A stretch of DNA of 15,284 bases from Octopus sinensis (Eukaryota), in contig NW_021825508.1 of NCBI RefSeq assembly GCF_006345805.1, forward strand, positions 1 to 15,284. Direction: 5' to 3'. Position 1 is the stretch's first letter. Every line of letters starts with the position of its first letter. Below the pieces are notes generated by a model that was given only the letters and a program-made list of their open reading frames with translations, was not told where the DNA came from and did no database searches. A program made the translations under genes and the position numbers. Shown in pieces: positions 1 to 9,996 of this stretch.

Positions 1-183
1 GAAATAGGTATTTCGTCTGTCGCTACGTTCTGAGTTCAAATTCCGCCGAGGTCGACTTTGCCTTTCATTCTTTCAAAGTTGATAAATCATGTACCAGTTG
101 CGTACTGGAGTTGATCTAATCGACAGCCCCCCCCCCGCTCCCCCAAAATTTCAGGCTTTGTGCCTAGAGTAGAAGAGAATAAT
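1..183 (+). mobile_element. SINE group A, 5'-truncated monomer preceded by the tail end (gaaata) of an upstream monomer
   Basis: Near-identical to the reverse complement of 11166-11355 over the first ~120 nt (ggtatttcgtctgtcg...gaggtcgactttgcctttcat...gtaccagtt). B-box-like GAGTTCAAATTCC at 32-44. The 3' tail differs from the 11166 copy. Confidence 0.85.
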
Positions 184-195
184 ATTTACATTACG

Positions 196-410
196 AAGGC
201 GGCAAGCTGGTAGAAGCGTTAGCACACCGGGCGAAATACTTTGCGACGTTCCACCCGTCTTTATGTTCTGAGTTCAAAACCTGTCGAGGTCGACTTCGCC
301 TTTCATCATGTTGGAGCCGATGAAATAACTAACAGTTAAGCACTGGGGTCCACCTGATAGATGAAGCCTCACCCTCAACTTTCCTGGCGTTGTGCCAAAA
401 TTTTAAAACC
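196..410 (+). mobile_element. SINE group A, full-length but diverged copy
   Basis: Head aaggcggcaagctggtagaagcgttagcacaccgggcgaaat matches the 5' end of the minus-strand copy at 11569. Core gttctgagttcaaaa...gaggtcgacttcgcctttcatc matches 27-68. Confidence 0.8.
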
Positions 411-496
411 ACATCCACATTACTAGATTCTGCAGATTGGATGTAAATTTAATATCTATATTATCAGTCATATATCTTAAATATGAACAAACGCAG

Positions 497-584
497 GCAT
501 TCACTGAAGTATATGTATGTATATGTATATATATATGTGTGTGTGCGTGTCTGTATGTGTGTGTATATATTACACACATATATA
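497..584. repeat. (TA)n/(TG)n compound microsatellite
   Basis: Read directly from the sequence. Confidence 0.9.
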
Positions 585-677
585 GCCCAGTACTTATTCT
601 ATCGGTCTCCCTTGCAACTATTCATGTTTTATAATACACACACACACACACACACACACACATCATATATATATATA
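585..677 (-). mobile_element. SINE group B internal fragment in inverted orientation, with its (CA)n(TA)n tract
   Basis: cagtacttattctatcggtctc matches tagtacttattctatcggcctc at ~3879-3900. It is followed by (CA)n(TA)n as in the 3772-4150 copy, but ~75 nt of the intervening body is missing. Confidence 0.6.
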
Positions 678-774
678 CAAAGAATAAGATCTGGGGTCGA
701 TTTGTTCGACTAAAGGCGGTACTCCAGCATGGCCACGGTCACATGACTGAAACAAGTAAAAGAGTAAAAGAGTA
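676..774 (+). mobile_element. SINE group B 3' end with (GTAAAAGA)n-type tail
   Basis: ggggtcgatttgttcgactaaaggcggtactccagcatggcc...gactgaaacaagtaaaagagtaaaaga aligns to the reverse complement of 3772-3875. Confidence 0.85.
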
Positions 775-782
775 ACGCCACC

Positions 783-905
783 AATAATAATAATAATAAT
801 AATATAGCAACGGGCGAAATATGGACAATATTTCGTCCAGAGTGCTACCAATTCTGCCAGCTCGCCGCCTTCCCCAACAATAATAATAACATTTATAATT
901 ATAAT
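783..905. repeat. (AAT)n tracts flanking a SINE head fragment
   Basis: (AAT)n at ~783-804 and ~878-905. Confidence 0.8.
807..871 (-). mobile_element. SINE group A head-only fragment
   Basis: Reverse complement reads aaggcggcgagctggcagaattggtagcactctggacgaaat..., matching the heads at 196 and 11569. Confidence 0.75.
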
Positions 906-1034
906 AGTGCATATGTGTGTGTGTGTGGGTATGTGTGTGTGAGTGTGTGTGTTTATGCATGTGTTCACATGAATATATAACATTTGGGATCGTCTTTTGA
1001 AACCTTGAGAAATGTTACGAACTTATGCAAATGT

Positions 1035-1411
1035 GGCACTCCGTCGGTTACGACGACGTGGGTTCCAATTGATCCGATCAACGGAAGAGCCTGCTGGTGA
1101 AATTAACGTGCAAGTGGCTGAGCACTCCACAGACACGTATACCTTTAACGTAGTTTTCGGGAAGATTCAACGGGACAAAGCCTGTGCCAAGGCACGCCCT
1201 TTGAAATACAGGTACAGAGAAACAGGAAGAAGGAGTGAGAGAAAGCTGTGGTGAAAGAGTAGAGCAAAGTTCGCCACCACCCACTGCCGGAGCCTCGTTG
1301 ACCTTTATGTTTTTTCGGTCAATAAATACTCACAACGCCCGGACTGGGAATCTAAACCGCGATGCTACGACCGCGAGTCCGCTGCTCTAACCACTAGCTC
1401 ATTGCGCCTCC
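1035..1411 (-). mobile_element. tRNA-derived SINE group C, tail type 1, full length with 11-bp TSD
   Basis: Exact TSD tatgcaaatgt at 1024-1034 and 1412-1422. The minus strand starts ggaggcgcaatgagctagtggttagagcagcggactcgcgg, with A-box-like and B-box-like (ggtttagattccc) motifs. About 190 nt are homologous to 5868-6045. Confidence 0.9.
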
Positions 1412-1667
1412 TATGCAAATGTACGCATAAAATGAAAACTGCAAATGTACTTATAAGAGAGAATTCATAAAACATTAGATATAAAGATATAAGACATTCA
1501 GTACCCTAAAATAATATTGAATCTAATCCATAGAAGTAGAATCAAGCGTCCACTGCAGAAGAGGTGGCAGTGATACCAGGAAGGAAAATGAGATTTACTG
1601 ATTTTTAGCATGCGATTAGAAGCTTTATCTTTACAAATGGAAATGGAAAATGAAAATATAATACTTG

Positions 1668-1685
1668 CATACATACATACTCATA

Positions 1686-1724
<39 letters not shown>

Positions 1725-1980
1725 ATATACACGAACATATATATGTATGTACATCTATCATATAATATATATATGTATGTATATATATTATATGTGTGTG
1801 TGTTCGTATATACTATGTATGCATTACATTTACAACATACAATATATCTCGACTATATCTGCATCCATAAAACATTTGCATATAATCCAATTACGGAAGC
1901 ATTTATAAACTATTTAGATATATTCTCAATTGCACACACGGCAAGCTACATGTACGTGTTTATATTATATATATATATAT

Positions 1981-2043
<63 letters not shown>

Positions 2044-2405
2044 CATATATATATGAATATATATTATACGTATGTATATTTATATATATATCACTATATC
2101 TATATCTATCATCTGTTTATTTATTTCTCTCTCTGTATATATATATATGCATTATACATCAGTATATACATGTAAAAACGTGTATGTATGTATATATATA
2201 TTATATATATATATAATATATATATATAATTATATATACATATATATATATACATATATATTATATAAATATATATAAATATATATGTGCATATATATAT
2301 ATGTATAATGCTATTATATATACACATATACATATACAAGCTATTTATATGTATGCTCATGTACATAACAAACAAGCACATATTCACACGTGTGTGTAAG
2401 TGTGT
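1668..2405. repeat. Long (TA)n-dominated compound microsatellite
   Basis: Near-pure (TA)n at ~1688-1720 and ~1967-2040, with TACA and TATG variants. Explains the YI-repeat ORFs. Confidence 0.95.
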
Positions 2406-2454
2406 GCATAATATTGTTAGTATTATTATTGCTAACGGCAAATAAATCGAAACC

Positions 2455-2670
2455 CAGAGATAGAAAGATTGTAAAAGACAGAGAGAGAGAGGGGGACGTT
2501 TGGAGAAACGGACAGTGAAAGAAAGGGAAAAGATAGAGAGTGAGGTAGAGACGGGAGTAAAAGGGAGAGAGAGGGAGGGAGAGAAAGAAACTGTGTGTGT
2601 GAGTGTGTGTGTGAAAGAGAGAGAGAGAGAGTGAGTGAGTGAGATAGATGAATAGAAAAATGATAGAAAA
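2455..2670. repeat. Purine-rich (GA)n/(GT)n low-complexity tract
   Basis: Read directly from the sequence. Confidence 0.85.
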
Positions 2671-3342
2671 ATTGATTAGAAACGTCGACTCTATCTTCAG
2701 TTTAGTTTTGAGATATGATTAATATTATTGCTTTTGACAACGATTAAATACAATGTGCCGCCATTATCTCGAGATATTCCTCTGATGTTTGCCAGAGAAT
2801 CCACTCACTGCTGCCAATTTATATTCGACCATCAATGGAAATCTTGGCAGAATGAATGATTTCTTAAAACATGCTTTTGACGGAATTGATCAGCTTGGAT
2901 ATGAACCATTTACAGCCGTGGCTAACACTACGAAGTTTATGCTTTTGCACGTGATCTGTTGTTATCGTCTCTATTGGCACAGACACGGCTATTAGCACTG
3001 ACGCATCGCTGCAGAGTGGAATTAGGAGGATCAACTTGTGCTGTGTTTATAGCAAAAGTTCTTCGTTTCTTTCTTGATTTATTTAAATCATTGGTTTGCG
3101 GCTTTGCTGGGGGCAGTGCTTGAATTTTGGATTTATGGAGAGCGAAAGTTGGGAACAAAAATATGACCGTAGAGACGTACAAGGAAACCGAACGAAAATA
3201 AATATTGAGGGTCGTTACGCCAGAACGAGGGTAAAATGGCGACCCCACTATGTATTTATTTTTTTTTTTTACTTGTTTTCGTCATTTGAATGTGGCCATA
3301 CTGGGGCACAGCCTTGAAGAAGTTTTAGTCCAATGAATCTAC

Positions 3343-3526
3343 TTCAGGACCTAAACGTTTTAAACCGGGTTCTTATTCTATCGCACTCCTTTGCCGAACC
3401 GCCAAGTTACGAGTACGTGGATACACGGACACCGCCTGTCAAGCAATGGTTGGTGACAAATTCATACACAAAGCGACACACACACACACACGCACACACA
3501 CACACACACACGCACAAATATGTATA
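3343..3526 (-). mobile_element. SINE group B, diverged central fragment ending in its internal (CA)n(TA)n
   Basis: cttattctatcgcactcctttgccgaaccgccaagttacg...tgtcaagcaatgg aligns to ~3884-3960. Confidence 0.75.
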
Positions 3527-3532
3527 TACCTG

Positions 3533-3762
3533 GGAGGGGGTGCTGAAAAATTCCTGGTTTGGGTAAAAGAAAATAGAGGGGTATCAGATAATTATGATTT
3601 TGTTCAGAATATTGATTAATGATATTTCCCTCTCACAGACACACACTTGTTGCAGCAGTCGTTTAGTTTGTCCAAGGTCTCTAAAAGAACTGGGAACTTT
3701 GGGCCTCCAGCCAGGCATTTCGCAAAACCCTTAAAGCTTGGAAATTTTCAGCACTCGCTCGT
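3533..3762 (-). mobile_element. Tc1/mariner-derived MITE, copy 1 (diverged)
   Basis: Imperfect TIRs gagggggtgctgaaaaattcc / ggaaattttcagcactcgctc. Collinear with the reverse complement of 10683-10907. Minus strand 3675-3622 translates LDKLNDCCNKCVSVRGKY, resembling a mariner transposase C-terminus. Confidence 0.8.
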
Positions 3763-3771
3763 GTATGCACT

Positions 3772-3996
3772 CTTTTATTCTTTTATTCTTTTTCTCGCTT
3801 CAGTCCTTTGACTGCGGCCATGCTGGAGTACCACCTTTAATCGAGCAAATCGACCCCCGGACTTACTCTTAGTAACCGTAGTACTTATTCTATCGGCCTC
3901 TTTCGCCGAACCGCTGTGTTACGGGGACGTAAACACACCAGCATCGGTTGTCAAGGGATGTAGGGGAGACAAAGACAAACACACATACAAGCACAA

Positions 3997-4033
<37 letters not shown>

Positions 4034-4150
4034 CGACGGGCTTCTTTCAGTTTCCGTCTACCATCACCACTCAGAAGGATTTGGTCTGCTCGAGGGTATA
4101 GTAGAAGATACTTGCACAAGGTACTACGCAGTGAGACTGAACCCGGAACC
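3772..4150 (-). mobile_element. SINE group B, near-complete copy truncated just 5' of the B box, with internal (TA)n(TG)n
   Basis: Minus strand reads ggttccgggttcagtctcactgcgtagtaccttgtgcaagt...ggaaactgaaagaagcccgtcg, then (TA)n(TG)n, body, and a (AATAAAAG)n-type tail. The 5' part aligns to 14360-14470 and the 3' part to 676-774. Confidence 0.88.
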
Positions 4151-4710
4151 TAGAAATAGCAGATTAAATGCTAGAAATAGCAGAATAATCTCACTATAAC
4201 TTGCTCTCACCACGAAAAATATCACAAGTTATAGGATCCAGGCTTGGGTTTCTTGCGTATTAAAAGTCGTAATCTTCACGGCTGGAACGTCTTTCTTTAT
4301 AGGCTGGTTCAGCGATGGTTGACCCGTGGTTAACCAGCAATTACGACACCAACAACAATGAATATTGATTTGTAACAGCTGCAGAAGGCTTCAAATTTCA
4401 GTGATGTGTATAGTTGAATCAACTGACGCCAGTGCAATAGCAAAGGATGAAAAGCCATGTCATTCTGGTCAGACTCAGAATTCCTGCAAAATATTTTAAC
4501 AACCGATCTGGTGCTTGAACCAAACTAATCCTTCAGCTTTTCTTTACCATCTTAATACTCCATGTTGTAGTTGTTTAGCCCAAGGCCAAACCTGACAGAC
4601 CAAACCTAAATTAGGCCTTGTCCTTCTTGTATCCTTTCCAACCACAATAAGCCTAAGACATCATTATCATTATCCAAAATGCGCGCAGAAAGATTTAACT
4701 GCTATTTCTG
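4150..4710. repeat. Possible pair of old repeat fragments in opposite orientation (4150-4345 minus, ~4565-4710 plus)
   Basis: ctagaaatagcaga occurs at 4150-4163 and 4171-4184, and its reverse-complement core ctgctatttct at 4699-4709. Weak by-eye similarity between the reverse complement of 4300-4345 and 4565-4610. Confidence 0.35.
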
Positions 4711-5077
4711 TGGCGTCAAATGATCGTGTTGCAGCACGCTTGCTATATTTAGTACAATTTGTTTTCATTTTATCTCCCTCTAGGTGGTTCGTTCATTAGT
4801 TTGGCCAATTAACGATAATTAGTGGTGTTCATTTTACACTCGACCTTTCCGAGGTCTTAAAGATGGCGACATAGTTTTCCCTCACGAATAGAAGACGGTA
4901 CAGAATATATTAAAAATAAAATTAAACATCGTATAGCTTAGATATCGTGTCTTTAGAGAATCACTTTATCAAATGATACATTTCTTTCGACACATGATTT
5001 AAGATAAAAAATTTTACAATGCTATATTCAAAATCGAAACATCGTTTAGGATTGAAATAAAGAATGATTTCACTCAC

Positions 5078-5129
5078 CTGTGACAGAAAGTATGCGTGGT
5101 CTAATAGGTAATCAATGTTTCATTTTAAT
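5078..5129 (-). other. Putative 52-nt non-coding (UTR or lncRNA) exon
   Basis: Minus strand has a long T run plus ctaatttacag| acceptor and a CAG|GTGAGT donor, within repeat-free AT-rich flanks. Stops occur in all three frames. Confidence 0.45.
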
Positions 5130-5867
5130 CTGTAAATTAGAAAAAAAAAAAAACAAATTATAAAATGTTGCCTTCAACATATTCAAGACATAATCATTTA
5201 TAAAATATTCTAACTTCCAACTAATTGAGACAGAATATTATTTTTTCTATGGTGGTACAGTAGCTTCATTGCCATACATTTCTAAAATAAATATCTTGGA
5301 AGTTTATAGAATAAATATCAGGGTAAATGCAAGAAAAAATTTTAAAGATTTGGTTTTCTACAATTAGACTCGTCAGGCAAGTAATGATAATTTGAATAAA
5401 TGTTATCCATTAAATCCATTTTTAATAAAATGCTCCATTATAAAATAAAAGACAGTAAGATTTTTCTTTCCAAAAATATACATTAGAACACAGAAAACAT
5501 TATGGCAGTTACTGATTTTAAAGTGGACTAATTCTATAGAGTGAATTTTCCAAGTTTTAATAAAATGATATGCTGGAGGGGGGAAATTACCAATGTTTTG
5601 GGTCTAACTTTGTGCGTGAGAGGTAAAGGTCTGTAAAGAAGTTGGGAAAAAACTTACTCCCTTTTCCTTTTTTCCCTTTTTCGTTTGCAAAAGGCTTAGT
5701 TTTTTTTTTCTCTCTTCGAAGTGTCATACAGGAAAATTTCAGATTAAGGTGTTCCCACGCAATCCCGCAAATTCATCGAATGACTGGAATTATCTCGAAT
5801 TTATTTGCCGATCCACATCACTACAAATGTAATCCGACTACGGATTTATGTACTTATATATAGAGAT

Positions 5868-6162
5868 GTGGAGGCGCAATGGCCCAGTGGTTAGGGCAGC
5901 GGACTCGCGGTTTCGATTCCCATACCGGGCTTTGTGTGTGTTTATCGAGCGAAAACACCTAAAGCCCCACGAGGCTCCGGCAGGGGGTTGTGGCGATCCT
6001 AGCTGTACTCTTTCGCCACAACTTTCTGTCACTCTTTCTTCTGTTGGCCAGCACGCTTAGCCAGCGGGGTGGCGTCATTTGAAGGCTAAAACAATGCGAA
6101 GCGCATTGTGACCAGCGATGTGTAGCAGCATCTGATAGCCTGGTCGGTCACGTGATCACGTG
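5868..6162 (+). mobile_element. tRNA-derived SINE group C, tail type 2, full length with 10-bp TSD
   Basis: Exact TSD atatagagat at 5858-5867 and 6163-6172. Canonical A box TGGCCCAGTGG at 5880-5890 and B-box-like GGTTTCGATTCCC at 5909-5921. The head is shared with 1035-1411. Confidence 0.9.
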
Positions 6163-6939
6163 ATATAGAGATAATCCCTACATGATCGTTGCGTACACAC
6201 TAGGTATTCTAGACTTAAACATCCCCTGACATGATGCGACATAATCACTACAATCGCAAAATTTATCATAAAAAATGGCGCATAATTCCTACATAGAGAA
6301 TGAAATGAGTTACAAAATGAATTTAATGAATGCTAACTTCTTCGTTGAAAGACATGATAAATATGGAGAGACAGCATTTTTAACATACATAATATCTCGG
6401 AAGAATTCTCCTTACAAATGTTGAGAAGATTGCCAAGCTCTGCCTTCTAAACATAAGTAAAACAATGGACAAAATTTGAGAAATAGAAAAGAAAAACAGA
6501 AAGACAGAAGCAAATGAAAGAACGCAAGGAAAATGAAATACATTTCCAAAAGAGGATTCCTATTTTGAAATATTAAATTCCTAGAAATAATATAATCAAA
6601 TTTAAAGTAACCAAATCGAAATCCTTTTAGCGTAATGTGAGAAAGAAAGAAAAGAAATTTAATAAAAACATTTGGTGTTAAATATATGAAGTGAAATGAA
6701 AGACAACTATAGTTTTCTGCATTTTCACATCTTTGTAACTATCGATAAATATAAACGAAAAGATAGATAAATATATATTCGTAAATAATTATGCAAAATA
6801 CAGATACGTATCCATGCAGGTTTATAATACGTTAAAAACGATTTCTGCAAATATGATGAATGGTAAACGAAGCCAAATGTACATCGCAGCATAGAGTTAT
6901 GTACACTGATACGATCAATAGATATGTTACAATATGCAA

Positions 6940-7465
6940 AGCTATATACATGCGTTTACATTTACATGTATAGCTCTATTAAATTATTCCAATATACATA
7001 CATACATTCATACGTATATACATACATACATACACACACACACACGTATATATATATGCGTACATATGCATTTCTGACAATATTTATGTGTATAATGTAT
7101 ATATATTGTATATAATATATTATATATATATATTATATATATATATTATTATATATATATATATATATAGACATATATATGTACATATATATCTAATATT
7201 TATGTATATATATATATGTATGTATATATATAATGTGTATGTATATATATATATACATATGTGTATATATAATATATCTATATATATATATATACACACA
7301 TATACATATAGATACGTGAACATATGTACACAAATACATACGTACATATGCGTATATATGTGTATATATATATACATATATGTACATATATATATACATG
7401 CATATATATATGCACCTATATATATACATATACATATATATATATATTGATGTATACACACACAT
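6940..7465. repeat. (TA)n/(TACA)n compound microsatellite
   Basis: Read directly from the sequence. Confidence 0.95.
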
Positions 7466-7557
7466 TCGTATTATTATCGAATTAGGTTTGGGATATTTCT
7501 TTTTGTAGAAAACAAAAGTATATTCAACTCAAAAAAAAAAACTTAAGAATGACACAA

Positions 7558-7612
7558 CCGCCGCCATCTCCGCCATACCACCACCATCACCATCAACCCC
7601 CACCAGCGCTTC

Positions 7613-7654
<42 letters not shown>

Positions 7655-7657
7655 ACG

Positions 7658-7702
<45 letters not shown>

Positions 7703-7760
7703 TAACGTTAATGTTATTGATGGCGATGATGGTTGTTGCCATGATTCTGACGAAGATGAT
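7558..7760. repeat. Trinucleotide mosaic (CCG/CCA/CAT), (TAC)n, (GAT)-like
   Basis: (TAC)n at ~7615-7701, interrupted by CAC and AACG. Confidence 0.85.
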
Positions 7761-7819
7761 TTTTCACGTTAATCATATACAGAATACAACGTACAAAATT
7801 TGGTAAGTAACAAATATCT

Positions 7820-8020
7820 ACATATACGCGTCTATATACATATATATACATATATACATTATGCACTCATGCATGAATGCATGCTACATACATACATACA
7901 TACATATATATAAATAAATATATATATATATATTATATATATATATACTATATATATATTATATATATATAGATATATTATATAATATATATATATAGAT
8001 ATATATATATATAGATAGAT

Positions 8021-8076
<56 letters not shown>
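7820..8076. repeat. (TA)n/(TACA)n grading into (TAGA)n
   Basis: (TAGA)n at 8012-8076. Confidence 0.95.
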
Positions 8077-8477
8077 CATTCTTTCGCCCGCACTATATAA
8101 CATATATACATTCTCAAAGACATCCGTGCATTCACATGCTCTAATAAACGTACGTTGCTTTCAAAAATTATAAACTGAAAATAAACTGGAAAGAAAATTT
8201 GACGGGAAATATAGAAGCTTTCTTAGTTTTATTTCGCTGGTTGAATACGAAGCAACACATTTGTGTATCAGAATTCCTTTACACCAGACAAAACAAGTCG
8301 AACTAAAAGGTTTCTCGGAGTTTCGCCATTGTTTTATTGTTTTACGAATATTTGATTCAGAATTGATATTTGACGAAAAAAAAAATAACACCCTAAAAGG
8401 TAAAACAGAACAGAATATTTGAATGAAAAACTATCACGCTGTATGTAACGTTTTAATTTTGTTCTATGTCTGTTTAT

Positions 8478-8478
8478 G

Positions 8479-8528
<50 letters not shown>

Positions 8529-8561
8529 TACTATATATTATATATATATCTATATATATAT

Positions 8562-8621
<60 letters not shown>

Positions 8622-8890
8622 TATGCTATATATATTACATATATATATATATATGTATGTAATTATATATATATATATATACATATATATACATATATAT
8701 ATCAATATATATATAATGTAACATATATATATATATATATTGTATATATATATATGTATATATATATAATATATACATACTCTCCATATATATATATGCA
8801 TACACATATATATATATGTATACATCACATATGTTATGTGTGTGTATATACGCATACACTTACATATATACAAACACACATTTATGTGTA
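8478..8890. repeat. (TA)n-dominated compound microsatellite
   Basis: Read directly from the sequence. Confidence 0.95.
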
Positions 8891-9039
8891 TAGTTTCGTT
8901 TCCTTTCTCAGTAAACTTATAGACCTAACACTCCCCCCCACCATTCTTTCCTCCTCGATTTCGCCGACATTCTATGTTCTAAATACTTATATCACTTGTA
9001 TGTTTTCGATTCCTGGTTGAGCCGACTAGTCACCCACTT

Positions 9040-9155
9040 CACTCTCTCTCCTTTCCTTTCTCTTTCCCTCTCTCTCTCTCTATCTATCCATCTATATATA
9101 TATCTCTCTCTCTGTATCTATCTATATCTCTCTATCTATCTATTTCTCTCTCTTT

Positions 9156-9214
<59 letters not shown>

Positions 9215-9760
9215 CACTCTCTCTCTTTCTCTCTCTCTCTCTATCTATCTCACTCACACTCTCTCTCTCTCTCTCTATCTATCTATCTGTCTGTCTTTAT
9301 AAATGTCTCTCAAACTAATGTCCTTCCTTTTCTCGCTTTCTTCATTCTTTCCCCCTCTCTTTCCGTCTTGTTTTTCATTCTACTTCTTTCTTTGGTTTTT
9401 CTCTTTCTCTTTCTCCCTGTCTTTCCTTCTCTTTTTATTTCTTCCTCTCTCTCTCTCTCTCTCCTCGTTTACTGCTTCAACCTAGCCTACCTCACTCTAT
9501 AACCGTTCCTTTCTTTCTTCACTCAAATTCATTCACTCTCTCTTTCTCTAACTCTTTACTATTCTCTCGATACCCAGAACCATATCAATTTCCTTTTCAT
9601 CATTCTATCTGCCTGTTTCTGTCCCTTTCTCTCTCACTCACTCACTCTTCTCTCTCACACACACACACACACCACAGATCTACATCTTATCTCCACCTCC
9701 TTTTCCTCTACGTCTCACCCTCTCTTTTCCATTGCTTCAGTCTCTACATGTTCCCCTGTC
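9040..9760. repeat. Pyrimidine-rich tract with (TC)n and (TCTA)n
   Basis: About 700 nt of strongly C/T-biased plus strand. Explains the LSLS/LSIY ORFs. Confidence 0.9.
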
Positions 9761-9861
9761 GTGCCATGTTTTGTCTTAGTATTTCTCTTCCAGCGTTCAC
9801 ATTTGAGAGTCTTCTAATCACGCTTTGTATTTGATTCTGTACGGAAAACGTAAATTAATAA

Positions 9862-9957
9862 ATACACACGCACACACACACGCACACACACACGCACACA
9901 CACACACACACATACACACACATATACACAGACACATTTACATACATATACGCTCAT

Positions 9958-9996
<39 letters not shown>

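Noticed and set aside
188-423. acattac flanking the SINE at 196-410 as a possible TSD
   Set aside because: Only 7 bp and offset from the element end; could be chance.
437-983. ORFs 437-634, 483-713, 663-983, 739-960
   Set aside because: Translations of (TG)n, (CA)n and (AAT)n tracts and SINE fragments, with no protein-like composition.
1012-1284. ORFs 1012-1254 (+) and 1078-1284 (-)
   Set aside because: Lie almost entirely within the TSD-flanked group C SINE.
1665-2441. YI-repeat ORFs, also at 6924-7465, 8466-9020 and 9814-10306
   Set aside because: (TA)n lacks stop codons in some frames, so these are artefacts.
2789-3317. ORFs 2789-2995, 2937-3248, 3096-3317
   Set aside because: Short, overlapping on both strands, with no recognisable domain or convincing splice pairing.
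5868-5935. tRNA-like sequence with A and B boxes
   Set aside because: It is a SINE head: it continues into a SINE body, is flanked by a TSD, and has a deleted anticodon-region segment. Not a tRNA gene.
8996-9502. Hydrophobic LSLS/LSIY ORFs, also at 11868-12496
   Set aside because: Translations of (TC)n and (TCTA)n. The apparent transmembrane character is a compositional artefact.
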